DNA of 64,000 nt from an uncultured Chloroflexia bacterium (GTDB lineage: Bacteria; Chloroflexota; Anaerolineae; Anaerolineales; Anaerolineaceae), in assembly GCA_963699305.1 (NCBI GenBank), contig OY969431.1, positions 1,076,911-1,140,910 of the forward strand. Direction: 5' to 3'. Below the pieces are notes generated by a model. The model ran no database searches. It was not told the DNA's origin and was given only the letters and a program-made list of their open reading frames with translations. Positions 41,106 to 49,645 of this stretch are shown here, in pieces. Each line of letters begins with the position of its first letter. The stretch's first letter is position 1. Both the position numbers and the translations under genes were made by a program.

Positions 41106-42038
41106 ATGACTCCTGATACAAAAACGGTTGAGACATTAGTTGAGGTTATTACCCGGGAGATTCTAGGTGCTTACAAGGAGCACGACATCCAAGCAGCAAT
41201 CTCCCAGGGATACATGTGCAAACGCGACTGTGCCAGTGGCTTGTGTGCGACAACTTGCTTCAACAAGATTGGACAAGTGGTCAGCGCTGGTGCTGAAAGG
41301 CTTACCTCCACGGTAGGCATGGTCCCTCCCGATCCGAGTCTTGCACACATGATTGATCACACATTGCTTAAGCAGGACACAACCCCAGAGAAGATCACAC
41401 AGCTTTGCATGGAAGCACGTAAATACAACTTCGCCAGTGTATGTATCAATCCGACCTACGTAAAACTATGCGCTGATCTTCTTCGCGGTTCCAATGTGAA
41501 GGTATGTGCTGTCGTCGGATTTCCACTTGGTGCTACCCTCCCCGAAATTAAAGTACTCGAAACAAAAATGGTCATCGAGAACGGTGCACAGGAAGTGGAT
41601 ATGGTTGTAAACATCGGCGCCTTGAAAGCTCGGGATTCCGCTCTCGTAGCGCGTGATATTCGCGGGGTGGTCTCTACTGCTCACTCGATGGGTGCTATCG
41701 TCAAAGTCATCATCGAAGCGTGCTTGTTGAATGATGAAGAAAAAGTATTAGCCTGCTTACTTTCCAAGGAAGCAGGGGCTGATTACGTGAAAACATCAAC
41801 CGGCTTCTCCACAGGCGGTGCTACGCTGCATGATGTTGAATTAATGCGTAAAACGGTAGGCCCTGATATGGGTGTCAAAGCCGCTGGTGGGATCCAGACC
41901 AAGGAAGATGCTGAGAAAATGGTGAAGGCCGGTGCAACACGCATTGGCGCAAGTGCAGGGATAAAGATCATCCAGGCTGCACCAGATGCCCCGGTGTCTC
42001 AACCACAACCAGCCATGGCTGGCGTGAAAAGTTATTAA
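41106..42038 (+). CDS. deoC: deoxyribose-phosphate aldolase with an N-terminal extension of about 80 aa (amphipathic helix plus a 4-Cys motif)
   Basis: The core is [12 protein letters not shown]...[11 protein letters not shown]...[11 protein letters not shown]...[12 protein letters not shown]...[10 protein letters not shown]...[16 protein letters not shown]...GVKAAGGI...[10 protein letters not shown], with the Schiff-base lysine in its usual context. Confidence 0.9.
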   Translation: MTPDTKTVETLVEVITREILGAYKEHDIQAAISQGYMCKRDCASGLCATTCFNKIGQVVSAGAERLTSTVGMVPPDPSLAHMIDHTLLKQDTTPEKITQLCMEARKYNFASVCINPTYVKLCADLLRGSNVKVCAVVGFPLGATLPEIKVLETKMVIENGAQEVDMVVNIGALKARDSALVARDIRGVVSTAHSMGAIVKVIIEACLLNDEEKVLACLLSKEAGADYVKTSTGFSTGGATLHDVELMRKTVGPDMGVKAAGGIQTKEDAEKMVKAGATRIGASAGIKIIQAAPDAPVSQPQPAMAGVKSY

Positions 42039-42050
42039 TCGGAGTATTCC

Positions 42051-42341
42051 ATGTTAATCGCACGCGTGATCGGCACAGTAATTTCAACCATCAAAGACGA
42101 AAAACTAATAGGTCGGAAACTATTGATCGTCCGGCAGACGGACGAAACCGGCAGTCCCGTCGGAAAACCGTATGTGGCAATCGATACAGTGGATGCTGGT
42201 GTAGGTGACTTGGTACTTACTGCTTCTGGATCAAGCGCCCGCCAGACCAACATTACCAAGGATACTCCTGTGGATGCGGTCATTATGGCTATGTTGGATT
42301 CCATGGAAGTGGATGGCAAGGTTGTATTCCGCAAAGAGTAA
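42051..42341 (+). CDS. BMC vertex protein (BMC-P, EutN/CcmL family), copy 1
   Basis: MLIARVIGTVISTIKDEKLIGRKLLIV...VAIDTVDAGVGDLVLTASGSSAR, 96 aa. Confidence 0.85.
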   Translation: MLIARVIGTVISTIKDEKLIGRKLLIVRQTDETGSPVGKPYVAIDTVDAGVGDLVLTASGSSARQTNITKDTPVDAVIMAMLDSMEVDGKVVFRKE

Positions 42342-42363
42342 GAAAAGAATGTAAAGGCACATC

Positions 42364-43809
42364 ATGGATAAGGATTTGCTCTCAATTCAGGAAGCCCGCG
42401 ATCTGGCAACTGCTGCCCGCAATGCCCAACAAGTTTGGGCAAAAGCAAGCCAGTCGCAGGTCGATGCTGTTTGTACTGCCATGGCGGATGCCGCTTATCA
42501 GGCGGCAGAACGGTTGGGGCGAATGGCAACCGATGAAACCGGTTACGGAGTGCCGCTTCACAAAAAACTGAAAAATGAATTCGGGTCCAAAAACGTCTGG
42601 GAAAGCATCCGGAAATTAAAACCGTCGGCGTAATCCACCATGACCCGGAAAAAAGGATCTATGATATTGCATGGCCGGTGGGAGTTGTCTGTGCATTGAC
42701 ACCGAGCACCAACCCAACCTCTACAACGATGTTCAAAATTTTGATTGCTGTAAAAGCAAGGGATGCCATTATTGTTGCCCCCCACCCTTCGGCAGTCAAA
42801 TGCTGCACTGAAACAGCGCTGTTGATGGCGCGTGCCGCTGAAGATGCTGGAGCGCCAAAAGGGTTGATCAGTTGCATGCAAAACGTTTCGTTGCAGGGCA
42901 CGCAGGAATTGATGAACCACAAGTACATCGCCCTTATCCTGGCCACAGGTGGTTCAGCCATGGTGAAGGCTGCTCATTCCGTTGGCAAACCGGCATACGG
43001 CGTGGGACCGGGAAATGTTCCAGTGTATGTGGACCGCAGCGCTGATGTCGAGAAAGCAGCTCGTTATATCGTTGCCTCCAAAGCTTTTGACTACTCCACA
43101 ATCTGCGCCACAGAACAGGCGGTTATCGCAGATACTCCCATGCGCTCAACTTGAAGACTTGATGAAAATCCAGGGTGCATATTTTGTTGATGAAAACCAG
43201 GCAAACCTTTTGCGTAAATCTCTTTTCTTTAACGATGGCGACATCAACCCTGCCACGGTTGGTAAATCACCGCAAGTGCTGGCGGGCATGGCGGGATTTT
43301 CCATCCCTTCAACCGCGCGCATACTCGTTGCCAGATTGAGTAAAGTCGGCAAAGATGAGCCTCTTTCACGGGAAAAGCTGACCACGGTTCTGGGTTGGTA
43401 TGAGACAGATGGTTGGGAAGCAGGTTGTGAACGCTCCATCGAATTAATCCTATTTGGTGGACGCGGACATACCCAAATCATCCATGCAACGGATGAAAAA
43501 GTAATTATGGAATTTGGCTTGGAAAAACCGGTTTTCCGCATCCTAGTCAACACTATGGGCACGTTGGGCGCTATTGGGTTGACTACCGGTATCATGCCTT
43601 CATTGACATTAGGTGCAGGTGGTGTAGGTGGCTCTATCACCGGAGACAACATCACTGCATATCACATGTTCAATGTAAAAAGATTGGCTTACGAACGCAT
43701 CCCTCCACCCTTGGCAGCGTTGAATCCCGGTGAACAAATTTCAAGTGTTTCACCCGTGGAGCTCGAAAAAATTGTTGAAACCGTCGTCAGAGAAATTCTA
43801 AAATCGTGA
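42364..43809 (+). CDS. CoA-acylating aldehyde dehydrogenase (PduP/EutE-like), interrupted by two compensating 1-nt indels near 42608-42622 and 43125-43150
   Basis: Three consecutive ORFs join into one ALDH: LSIQEARDLATAARNAQQVW...; KTVGVIHHDPEKRIYDIAWPVGVVCALTPSTNPTSTTMFK...ATGGSAMVKAAHSVGKPAYGVGPGNVP...STICATEQAVIAD (the catalytic Cys context); then GAYFVDENQ...REKLTTVLGWY...IHATDEK...VNTMGTLGAIG. The C-terminal tail VELEKIVETVVREILKS is an amphipathic helix. Confidence 0.85.
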
Positions 43810-43853
43810 ATAACCACAGATTAGTCGTGGATTAAAAAGAAAGGACAAATAAT

Positions 43854-44180
43854 ATGTCTCCTGAAACTGCTCTAATCGCTCTCGGAATGGTTGAGACCAA
43901 AGGTCTGGTCGGTGCTATCGAAGCTGCCGATGCCATGGTCAAAGCCGCAAACGTCTCCCTGCTTGGCTCGGAATATGTTGGTGGAGGGTACGTTACAGTC
44001 ATGGTGCGCGGCGACGTAGGCGCTGTGAAAGCCGCCACTGATGCAGGCGCTGCTGCCGCAAAACGTGTCGGCGAACTTGTGTCGGTCCACGTCATCCCAC
44101 GACCGCACAGCGAAGTCGAAATGATCCTTCCTGCAGGTTCGAAAGGTCAAATCGGCGGTCGTACCTCAGACAAGAAATAA
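43854..44180 (+). CDS. BMC shell hexamer protein (BMC-H, PduA/EutM/CcmK-type)
   Basis: [77 protein letters not shown] is a canonical BMC domain. Confidence 0.95.
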   Translation: MSPETALIALGMVETKGLVGAIEAADAMVKAANVSLLGSEYVGGGYVTVMVRGDVGAVKAATDAGAAAAKRVGELVSVHVIPRPHSEVEMILPAGSKGQIGGRTSDKK

Positions 44181-44329
44181 TCGGGTGACATAACATGCCA
44201 GAGAAGGTACTGAACGATTCTTCTCTGGCAATATCCCGACTAGTGGATGCGACCATAAAGGTCGGGAGCCCGATGAATATCTCACTTCTTCCAATCGTCT
44301 TCTGGAAGATGGAAATATAGGAGTGAATC

Positions 44330-44959
44330 ATGGCTGATGAATTTTCATTACGTTGCTATTGTTATTTGGATCGCATGCAGCCCCAGTATGCCGCCTTCGT
44401 CGGGACGGTTACGCAAGGCGATCTCCCCACTGAAGGAATGGCTGCACTGTATGTGGAAATGTCTCCTGGAAATGAAGTTTTCCGTGTGGTCGATATCGCT
44501 GTAAAGGCAACCGAGTCCAAACCTGGTGCCCAAATTGTGGAGCGCGAATTTGGCATGTTCGAAGTGCACTCGCTCAACCAGGCAGCTGTGATTGAAGCAG
44601 GAAACGTTGTGCTGAACCGTTTGGGTCTTAAAGTTCAGGATCGTATCAAACCGCAGGTGGTATCCACCCAAGTCATCACACGGATAGACCCGTATCAATC
44701 GCAGTTGTTGAACCGCTTCCGGCGGGGCAGCATGCTAGTGCCCGGCGAAACCATGCTTGTCTTGGAATGTGCTCCTGCAGCATATATTAATTACGCTTGC
44801 AATGAAGCGGAAAAGAAAGCATCCATCAAAGTCATCCATGTTTCATCTGTAGGTCGCTTTGGTCGTATGTGGCTTTCCGGTTCTGAAGCGGAAATTGTCA
44901 CGGCGAAAAACGCAGCCATCCAGGCCTTAGAAGCATTGGAAGGCAAGCCGGGCGCATGA
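44330..44959 (+). CDS. tandem-domain BMC shell protein (BMC-T)
   Basis: A 209-aa protein with two BMC-like halves: ...YVEMSPGNEVFRVVDIAVKATESKPGAQIVEREFGMFEVH... and ...LVLECAPAAYINYACNEAEKKASIKVIHVSSVGRFGRMWLSGSEAEI... Confidence 0.75.
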   Translation: MADEFSLRCYCYLDRMQPQYAAFVGTVTQGDLPTEGMAALYVEMSPGNEVFRVVDIAVKATESKPGAQIVEREFGMFEVHSLNQAAVIEAGNVVLNRLGLKVQDRIKPQVVSTQVITRIDPYQSQLLNRFRRGSMLVPGETMLVLECAPAAYINYACNEAEKKASIKVIHVSSVGRFGRMWLSGSEAEIVTAKNAAIQALEALEGKPGA

Positions 44960-44986
44960 TGTGGTCTTTTCCCTATTGGAGTAACT

Positions 44987-45337
44987 ATGCCTAAAGAATT
45001 TTTTACCGAACGTGATATCGAAGACATGGTGAAACGTGGAACGACGTCGCTGCAGCTTTCGGATGACATCGTGCTGACAGAGCTCGCATACGAAAAAGCA
45101 CAACGGCTGGGTTTGCAGTTGATCAATCCGAACATCAAACCTCCAGCAGCTCCTGAGCGTCCATATATCTCAACCTTACCTTTTCCTGCATCGAATGCAG
45201 CAATGGCTGCGCCAGTCCCAACGGATCTTCGTCAGCGGATTAAGGATGCAGTTGCAATTAAATTGGGAGTTCAAGTGGATCCTGTCCTGCTGGATTCCAT
45301 CATCACCCGAGTTCTCGAGACCTTGAACAGGAAGTAA
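44987..45337 (+). CDS. hypothetical BMC-associated protein with a C-terminal amphipathic helix
   Basis: A 116-aa protein embedded among the shell genes. It has an N-terminal module of about 45 aa (FTERDIEDMVKRGTTSLQLSDDIVLTELAYEKAQRLGLQL), a Pro/Ala-rich linker and the C-terminal helix DPVLLDSIITRVLETLNRK. Confidence 0.5.
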   Translation: MPKEFFTERDIEDMVKRGTTSLQLSDDIVLTELAYEKAQRLGLQLINPNIKPPAAPERPYISTLPFPASNAAMAAPVPTDLRQRIKDAVAIKLGVQVDPVLLDSIITRVLETLNRK

Positions 45338-45340
45338 CCA

Positions 45341-45661
45341 ATGTTATTAGGCCGCGTCAAGGGCACCGCTATTAGCACCATGAAATATCCGGGTATGGAA
45401 GGTCTGAAGTTGCTCATCGTCCAGCCGTTGAACAAGAAACTGGAACCGATTGGCGAGTATCAGGTCGCTGCTGATATCGTTGATGCTGGGATGGACGATT
45501 TGTGTGTGATGGTACGCTCGCGTGAAGCAGCACTGGCGTTGCCGGATCTCAAATTCGTTCCCGTGGACTTAACCCTCGTGGGAATCGTTGACCAGCTGGA
45601 AGTTCGCCCGGATGGTGAATTTGATTTCACCCTAAAACCAGGATGGGTTAAATACACATAG
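45341..45661 (+). CDS. BMC vertex protein (BMC-P, EutN/CcmL family), copy 2
   Basis: MLLGRVKGTAISTMKYPGMEGLKLLIVQPL...VAADIVDAGMDDLCVMVRSREAA. Confidence 0.85.
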   Translation: MLLGRVKGTAISTMKYPGMEGLKLLIVQPLNKKLEPIGEYQVAADIVDAGMDDLCVMVRSREAALALPDLKFVPVDLTLVGIVDQLEVRPDGEFDFTLKPGWVKYT

Positions 45662-45704
45662 GTTGTTTGTCAAAGGATTCGATGATCGAAAGGATACACT
45701 CGAA

Positions 45705-45983
45705 ATGATCCTCGGAAAGATCGTCGGTACGGTTGTTACCACCATCAGTCATCCTCATTATAAGAACAGGCGATTGCTGGTTGTTCAGCCATTGATCATG
45801 CCCGGTGAAAAATCCGACGATGATTTTATTGCCATCGATAATACGCATGCTGGCATTGGCGATACCGTGCTGGTCAATCGGGAGGGTAATGGTGCCCGTC
45901 AAGTATTAATAAATCCGGATGCTTGTATTATTTCAGTCATCGTAGGTATTGTCGATTCGGTGAATATTCCTTCATCTTCGTAA
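45705..45983 (+). CDS. BMC vertex protein (BMC-P, EutN/CcmL family), copy 3
   Basis: MILGKIVGTVVTTISHPHYKNRRLLVVQPL...IAIDNTHAGIGDTVLVNREGNGAR. I preferred the ATG at 45705 over the TTG at 45663. Confidence 0.85.
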   Translation: MILGKIVGTVVTTISHPHYKNRRLLVVQPLIMPGEKSDDDFIAIDNTHAGIGDTVLVNREGNGARQVLINPDACIISVIVGIVDSVNIPSSS

Positions 45984-46071
45984 ATCACCCAAATATTAAA
46001 GCAGATTTATAGATCGTCATTCTACCCACAACTCATCGTTCTCTGATTGTGCTATACAATACTAGGGTATA

Positions 46072-47001
46072 GTGGAGACTGATATGCGCACTTTGAGATC
46101 TTTTTCCCAACCTACCTCGTCGGATACCTTCAAGGAAGCGGTCGAAAAGATCAAAGCAATGCAATCCCGCGAGATCAATACACATGGCTTTAACCCACAG
46201 CTTAAGACTATTTTTCTTTCTCATGGGAAGAAGACCAAACGTGCTGTTTTGTGGTTGCATGGTTACACATCCGCTACTTTGCAATTTATACGTTTGGCAG
46301 AATTATGTTTTAAGAAAGGATATAACGTTCTTGTCCCATGCATGCCGCACCATGGTTTAAAGGACCGCCTGACACCAGAGATTGGGAAGATGACTGCCAG
46401 GGAACAAAAGCAATTCGTCGAAAATATGGTGGACACCATGCATGGCCTTGGACATGCAGTTGTGGTTGGAGGTCTTTCGATGGGAGGAACCATGACTGCC
46501 TGGATTGCACAGCAGCGCCCGGATGTAGATACAGCCATTATCATTGCTGCAGCATTTGGTTTCAAAGTCATTCCCACATCGTTGACCCGGGTCGCCACCT
46601 TGGCTCTTTTAGCCTTACCAAACATAAGGCAATGGTGGGACGATGAGAAAAAAGAGACTGTGCAGGATCCATGGTATGGTTACCCACATCGTTATACTCG
46701 AAGCTTGGTGCAACTGCTTGATCTTGGCCATCAGGTGCTGAAGTTGGCAAAACATAATCCTCCAGCTGCAAAAAAAGTCTGGGTCGTCATTAATGACCAT
46801 GATGAGGCAGTGGATAATAAAATGCTTCAAAGACTTGCGGATACCTGGCATAATTCGCGTGCAATAAATGCGTCGATTTACCATTTTCCAAATAAGTTGG
46901 GTCTCGATCATGATTGCATCAGCGTCGAGCATTCCAAGGATAATCCCAGGTTCGTCTATCCAGTCCTGATGAAAATGGTTGAAGGTGAGCAAATAAAATA
47001 A
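46072..47001 (+). CDS. alpha/beta hydrolase
   Basis: LWLHGYTS..., the nucleophile elbow GGLSMGG, and a late HD...D...H pattern. A TGCTATACAAT -10-like element about 30 nt upstream suggests it has its own promoter. Confidence 0.7.
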   Translation: METDMRTLRSFSQPTSSDTFKEAVEKIKAMQSREINTHGFNPQLKTIFLSHGKKTKRAVLWLHGYTSATLQFIRLAELCFKKGYNVLVPCMPHHGLKDRLTPEIGKMTAREQKQFVENMVDTMHGLGHAVVVGGLSMGGTMTAWIAQQRPDVDTAIIIAAAFGFKVIPTSLTRVATLALLALPNIRQWWDDEKKETVQDPWYGYPHRYTRSLVQLLDLGHQVLKLAKHNPPAAKKVWVVINDHDEAVDNKMLQRLADTWHNSRAINASIYHFPNKLGLDHDCISVEHSKDNPRFVYPVLMKMVEGEQIK

Positions 47002-47073
47002 GCCACCGAAGGGAGTCGAACCCTTGACCCGCCGCTTACGAAGCGGCTGCTCTGCCAACTGAGCTACGGTGGC
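47001..47073 (-). tRNA. tRNA-Thr (anticodon CGU)
   Basis: The reverse complement GCCACCGTAGCTCAGTTGGCAGAGCAGCCGCTTCGTAAGCGGCGGGTCAAGGGTTCGACTCCCTTCGGTGGCT folds as a cloverleaf with anticodon loop UUCGUAA. No CCA is encoded. Confidence 0.9.
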
Positions 47074-47110
47074 ATACAAATCGTGCGCGGCAGATTATAA
47101 TCTTAAACAA

Positions 47111-48364
47111 ATGAAACTGGCAAGCGGTATTAATGTCGCAATGCTTTCTTATCATACCTGCCCACTCGCCACGTTGGGTGGCAAGGATACGGGAGGGATG
47201 AATGTCTATGTGCGCGAGTTGACAGCACATTTAGGAAAATTGGGTGTACACGTGGATGTGTTTACCCGCTCCCAGGATGAGCATGTCCCGCATGTTCTGC
47301 ATGACCTGGGATATGGAAATCGGGTTGTTCACATCCCAGCCGGACCGGAAGTCCCTACTCCAAAATCGGAACTTCCAAATTATTTGCCTGATTTTATTGA
47401 AGGGATTCAGCGGTTTTCCCGGGAGAAGGGGTTGAGGTATGACCTAATCCACTCCCATTATTGGATGTCCGGGATCTCTGCATTGGAATTGAAACGGCTG
47501 TGGCAGGTTCCTCTGATTTCCATGTTCCACACTTTGGGACACATGAAAAACATCATTGCCCAGTCGGAAGCAGAAAAGGAACCACCAGCCAGGATAGCCG
47601 GCGAGGAAAAAGTGCTCGCGGATTCTGATTGCATCGTCATTTCCACTCCTGCCGAGCGATCCCAGATCAAAAAACTGTATCAAGCAGTTCCAAAAAAAGT
47701 GGTTGTGATCCCTCCCGGTGTGGATACTTCCCGCTTTTATCCGATCAATCTGGATGAAGCACGCCAGGCAATCGGTCTACCTTCCTCCAACTGCTTGCTG
47801 CTATTTGTCGGCAGGATTGAACCTTTGAAAGGGATTGATACTCTTCTAAAAGCGATTGCGCTAATGCTTAAGGAGGGAGTGCTGCAGGACTGCCCGCATT
47901 ACTTGGCTGTCATCGGTGGTGAAACTGACAAGCCGCAGGATACGATGAACTCCGAGATGGCCCGTTTGCAAAAACTGGCAGACGAACTCGGCGTGAACGA
48001 TCTGGTCATATTCCTCGGCAAGCAAGCTCAGGAAACATTACCTTATTATTATTCAGCCGCCCAGGTGGTGATAATGCCTTCCCATTACGAATCGTTCGGT
48101 ATGGTTGCGCTGGAAGCAATGGCTTGTGGCACCCCGGTGGTTGCATCTGAAGTAGGTGGTCTTGCTCATTTGGTAAAAGATGGTATCACCGGGTTTTGTG
48201 TCCCTAATGGTAATCCTCAAGCTCTTGCTGCCAAGCTTACGACGCTAATTCAAAATCCGTCTCTCCGACATGAGATGGGTCGCAATGCTTCCCGTGAAGC
48301 GCTCGCGTATGATTGGGACAAGATCGCCTGCCGGATTTTCAAGCTTTATCAATCGGTTTTGTAA
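47111..48364 (+). CDS. GT4-family glycosyltransferase (MshA-like retaining GT-B)
   Basis: The N-terminus HTCPLATLGGKDTGGMNVYVRELTAHLGKLGVHVDVFTR and the C-terminal E-x7-E context (SHYESFGMVALEAMACGTPVVASEVGG). I took the ATG at 47111 because the longer ORF would overlap the tRNA. Confidence 0.8.
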   Translation: MKLASGINVAMLSYHTCPLATLGGKDTGGMNVYVRELTAHLGKLGVHVDVFTRSQDEHVPHVLHDLGYGNRVVHIPAGPEVPTPKSELPNYLPDFIEGIQRFSREKGLRYDLIHSHYWMSGISALELKRLWQVPLISMFHTLGHMKNIIAQSEAEKEPPARIAGEEKVLADSDCIVISTPAERSQIKKLYQAVPKKVVVIPPGVDTSRFYPINLDEARQAIGLPSSNCLLLFVGRIEPLKGIDTLLKAIALMLKEGVLQDCPHYLAVIGGETDKPQDTMNSEMARLQKLADELGVNDLVIFLGKQAQETLPYYYSAAQVVIMPSHYESFGMVALEAMACGTPVVASEVGGLAHLVKDGITGFCVPNGNPQALAAKLTTLIQNPSLRHEMGRNASREALAYDWDKIACRIFKLYQSVL

Positions 48365-49574
48365 AATTGGTCCGGCTGATATTATTGGACTGTTGATCCT
48401 TCTTCAGTTGCTCCATACCCCGTTTCAAAGCTTCTTTCCCAAAGCGTTTTCGGATTTCATCCATCGCGGTCAACAAACGATGCTCTTTTTCGTTGGGTGT
48501 GTCCCATAAAGATAATTGGTGTGCAACAGCTGTAAAACCCGCAGCACCGACACCAAGCAATCGGACTGGTGTCCGATCTTTCCAGGCTTCCATGAATAAT
48601 CCTTTGGCGATGGAGAAGATTACCCCGTCTTGATCAGTTGCCTGTTGCAAGGAATATTGCCGCGTGATAGTTGTAAAATCCGGCCAGCGAATTTTAACTT
48701 TTACAGTACTCGCGATTAATAGATGCTTTCTTAACCGGTAACCCACCTGGCTTGACAATTTCCGGATGGTATCGACAATTTCCTTTTCAGAGCGCACATC
48801 GATTTCAAAAGTCGTTTCCTGGCTAATGGATTTGATCCCATGCTCTAGGGATATTGGGCTGTGGTCCATTCCCTTCGCGCGCTGAACCAATTCCCAGCCA
48901 TATTTGCCAAATTTGCCTGTCAGAAATGATTCACTTTTTTTCGCAATTTCGCCAATCGTATGAATCCCCAGCTCTTCAAGCGCTTCAGAAGTTTTAGGTC
49001 CAATTCCCCACATGGCTCGCGTCGGTAATGGTGCCAGGAACTTCGCTTCCTCTCCAGCCTTGACCACCGTGATGGCACAGGGTGATGACGTTCCTTGATA
49101 CTTGCCCTTGCCAAAATCACATGCGATTTTCGCTACCAATTTGCTCGTTGCTACTCCCAGTGAACAAGGCAGTCCCGTTTCGCTGATGATGGCAGCCTGG
49201 ATTTTCCTGGCAATTACTTCGCCGTCTTCCGGCAAATCGCTGACATCGATGAATGCTTCGTCTATTGAAACCTGTTCCACCAATCCGCTGAATCGGTTCA
49301 GGATCGCTATTACATCATCGGAATGCTTTCCATATTCCGATTGCCTGCCATGAACAATGATCAAATCCGGGCACAGCCTCACCGCCCTGTCGATGGGCAT
49401 GGCGGAATGGATGCCTTTTTGCCGCGCTGCATAGGAACAGGATGCCACAACGCTGCGCGTCCCCACCGGTCCACCCACCGCAAAAGGCTTGCCTTTCAGG
49501 GTTGGGTCGTTCATTTCCTCAACGGAACAAAAGAACGCGTCGAGATCCAGATGGATGATCTTACGGTTGCCCAC
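48339..49574 (-). CDS. dinB: DNA polymerase IV (Y-family)
   Basis: IIHLDLDAFFCSVEE, SIDEAFIDV and GIGPKT motifs. The start is uncertain: GTG at 49574, or upstream ATGs up to 49664 that would overlap the divergent gene. Confidence 0.85.
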   Translation of the reverse strand: MGNRKIIHLDLDAFFCSVEEMNDPTLKGKPFAVGGPVGTRSVVASCSYAARQKGIHSAMPIDRAVRLCPDLIIVHGRQSEYGKHSDDVIAILNRFSGLVEQVSIDEAFIDVSDLPEDGEVIARKIQAAIISETGLPCSLGVATSKLVAKIACDFGKGKYQGTSSPCAITVVKAGEEAKFLAPLPTRAMWGIGPKTSEALEELGIHTIGEIAKKSESFLTGKFGKYGWELVQRAKGMDHSPISLEHGIKSISQETTFEIDVRSEKEIVDTIRKLSSQVGYRLRKHLLIASTVKVKIRWPDFTTITRQYSLQQATDQDGVIFSIAKGLFMEAWKDRTPVRLLGVGAAGFTAVAHQLSLWDTPNEKEHRLLTAMDEIRKRFGKEALKRGMEQLKKDQQSNNISRTNFTKPIDKA

Positions 49575-49645
49575 AGTTGTATTATATCCGCGGGGATTTG
49601 GATTATTGATTATGGTACACTCATAAAAAAAATGAGGGTAAGCCA

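Noticed and set aside
44195-44320. A 41-aa ORF (MPEKVLNDSSLAISRLVDATIKVGSPMNISLLPIVFWKMEI) in the 149-nt gap between the BMC-H and BMC-T genes.
   Set aside because: It has a weak ribosome-binding site and no recognisable domain, and it is too short to support from sequence alone. It is worth checking only if ribosome-profiling or proteomic data exist.
46990-47110. tRNA-Thr as a possible integration site marking a genomic island next to the BMC locus.
   Set aside because: There is no integrase, no direct repeat of the tRNA 3' end and no mobile-element gene anywhere in the window.
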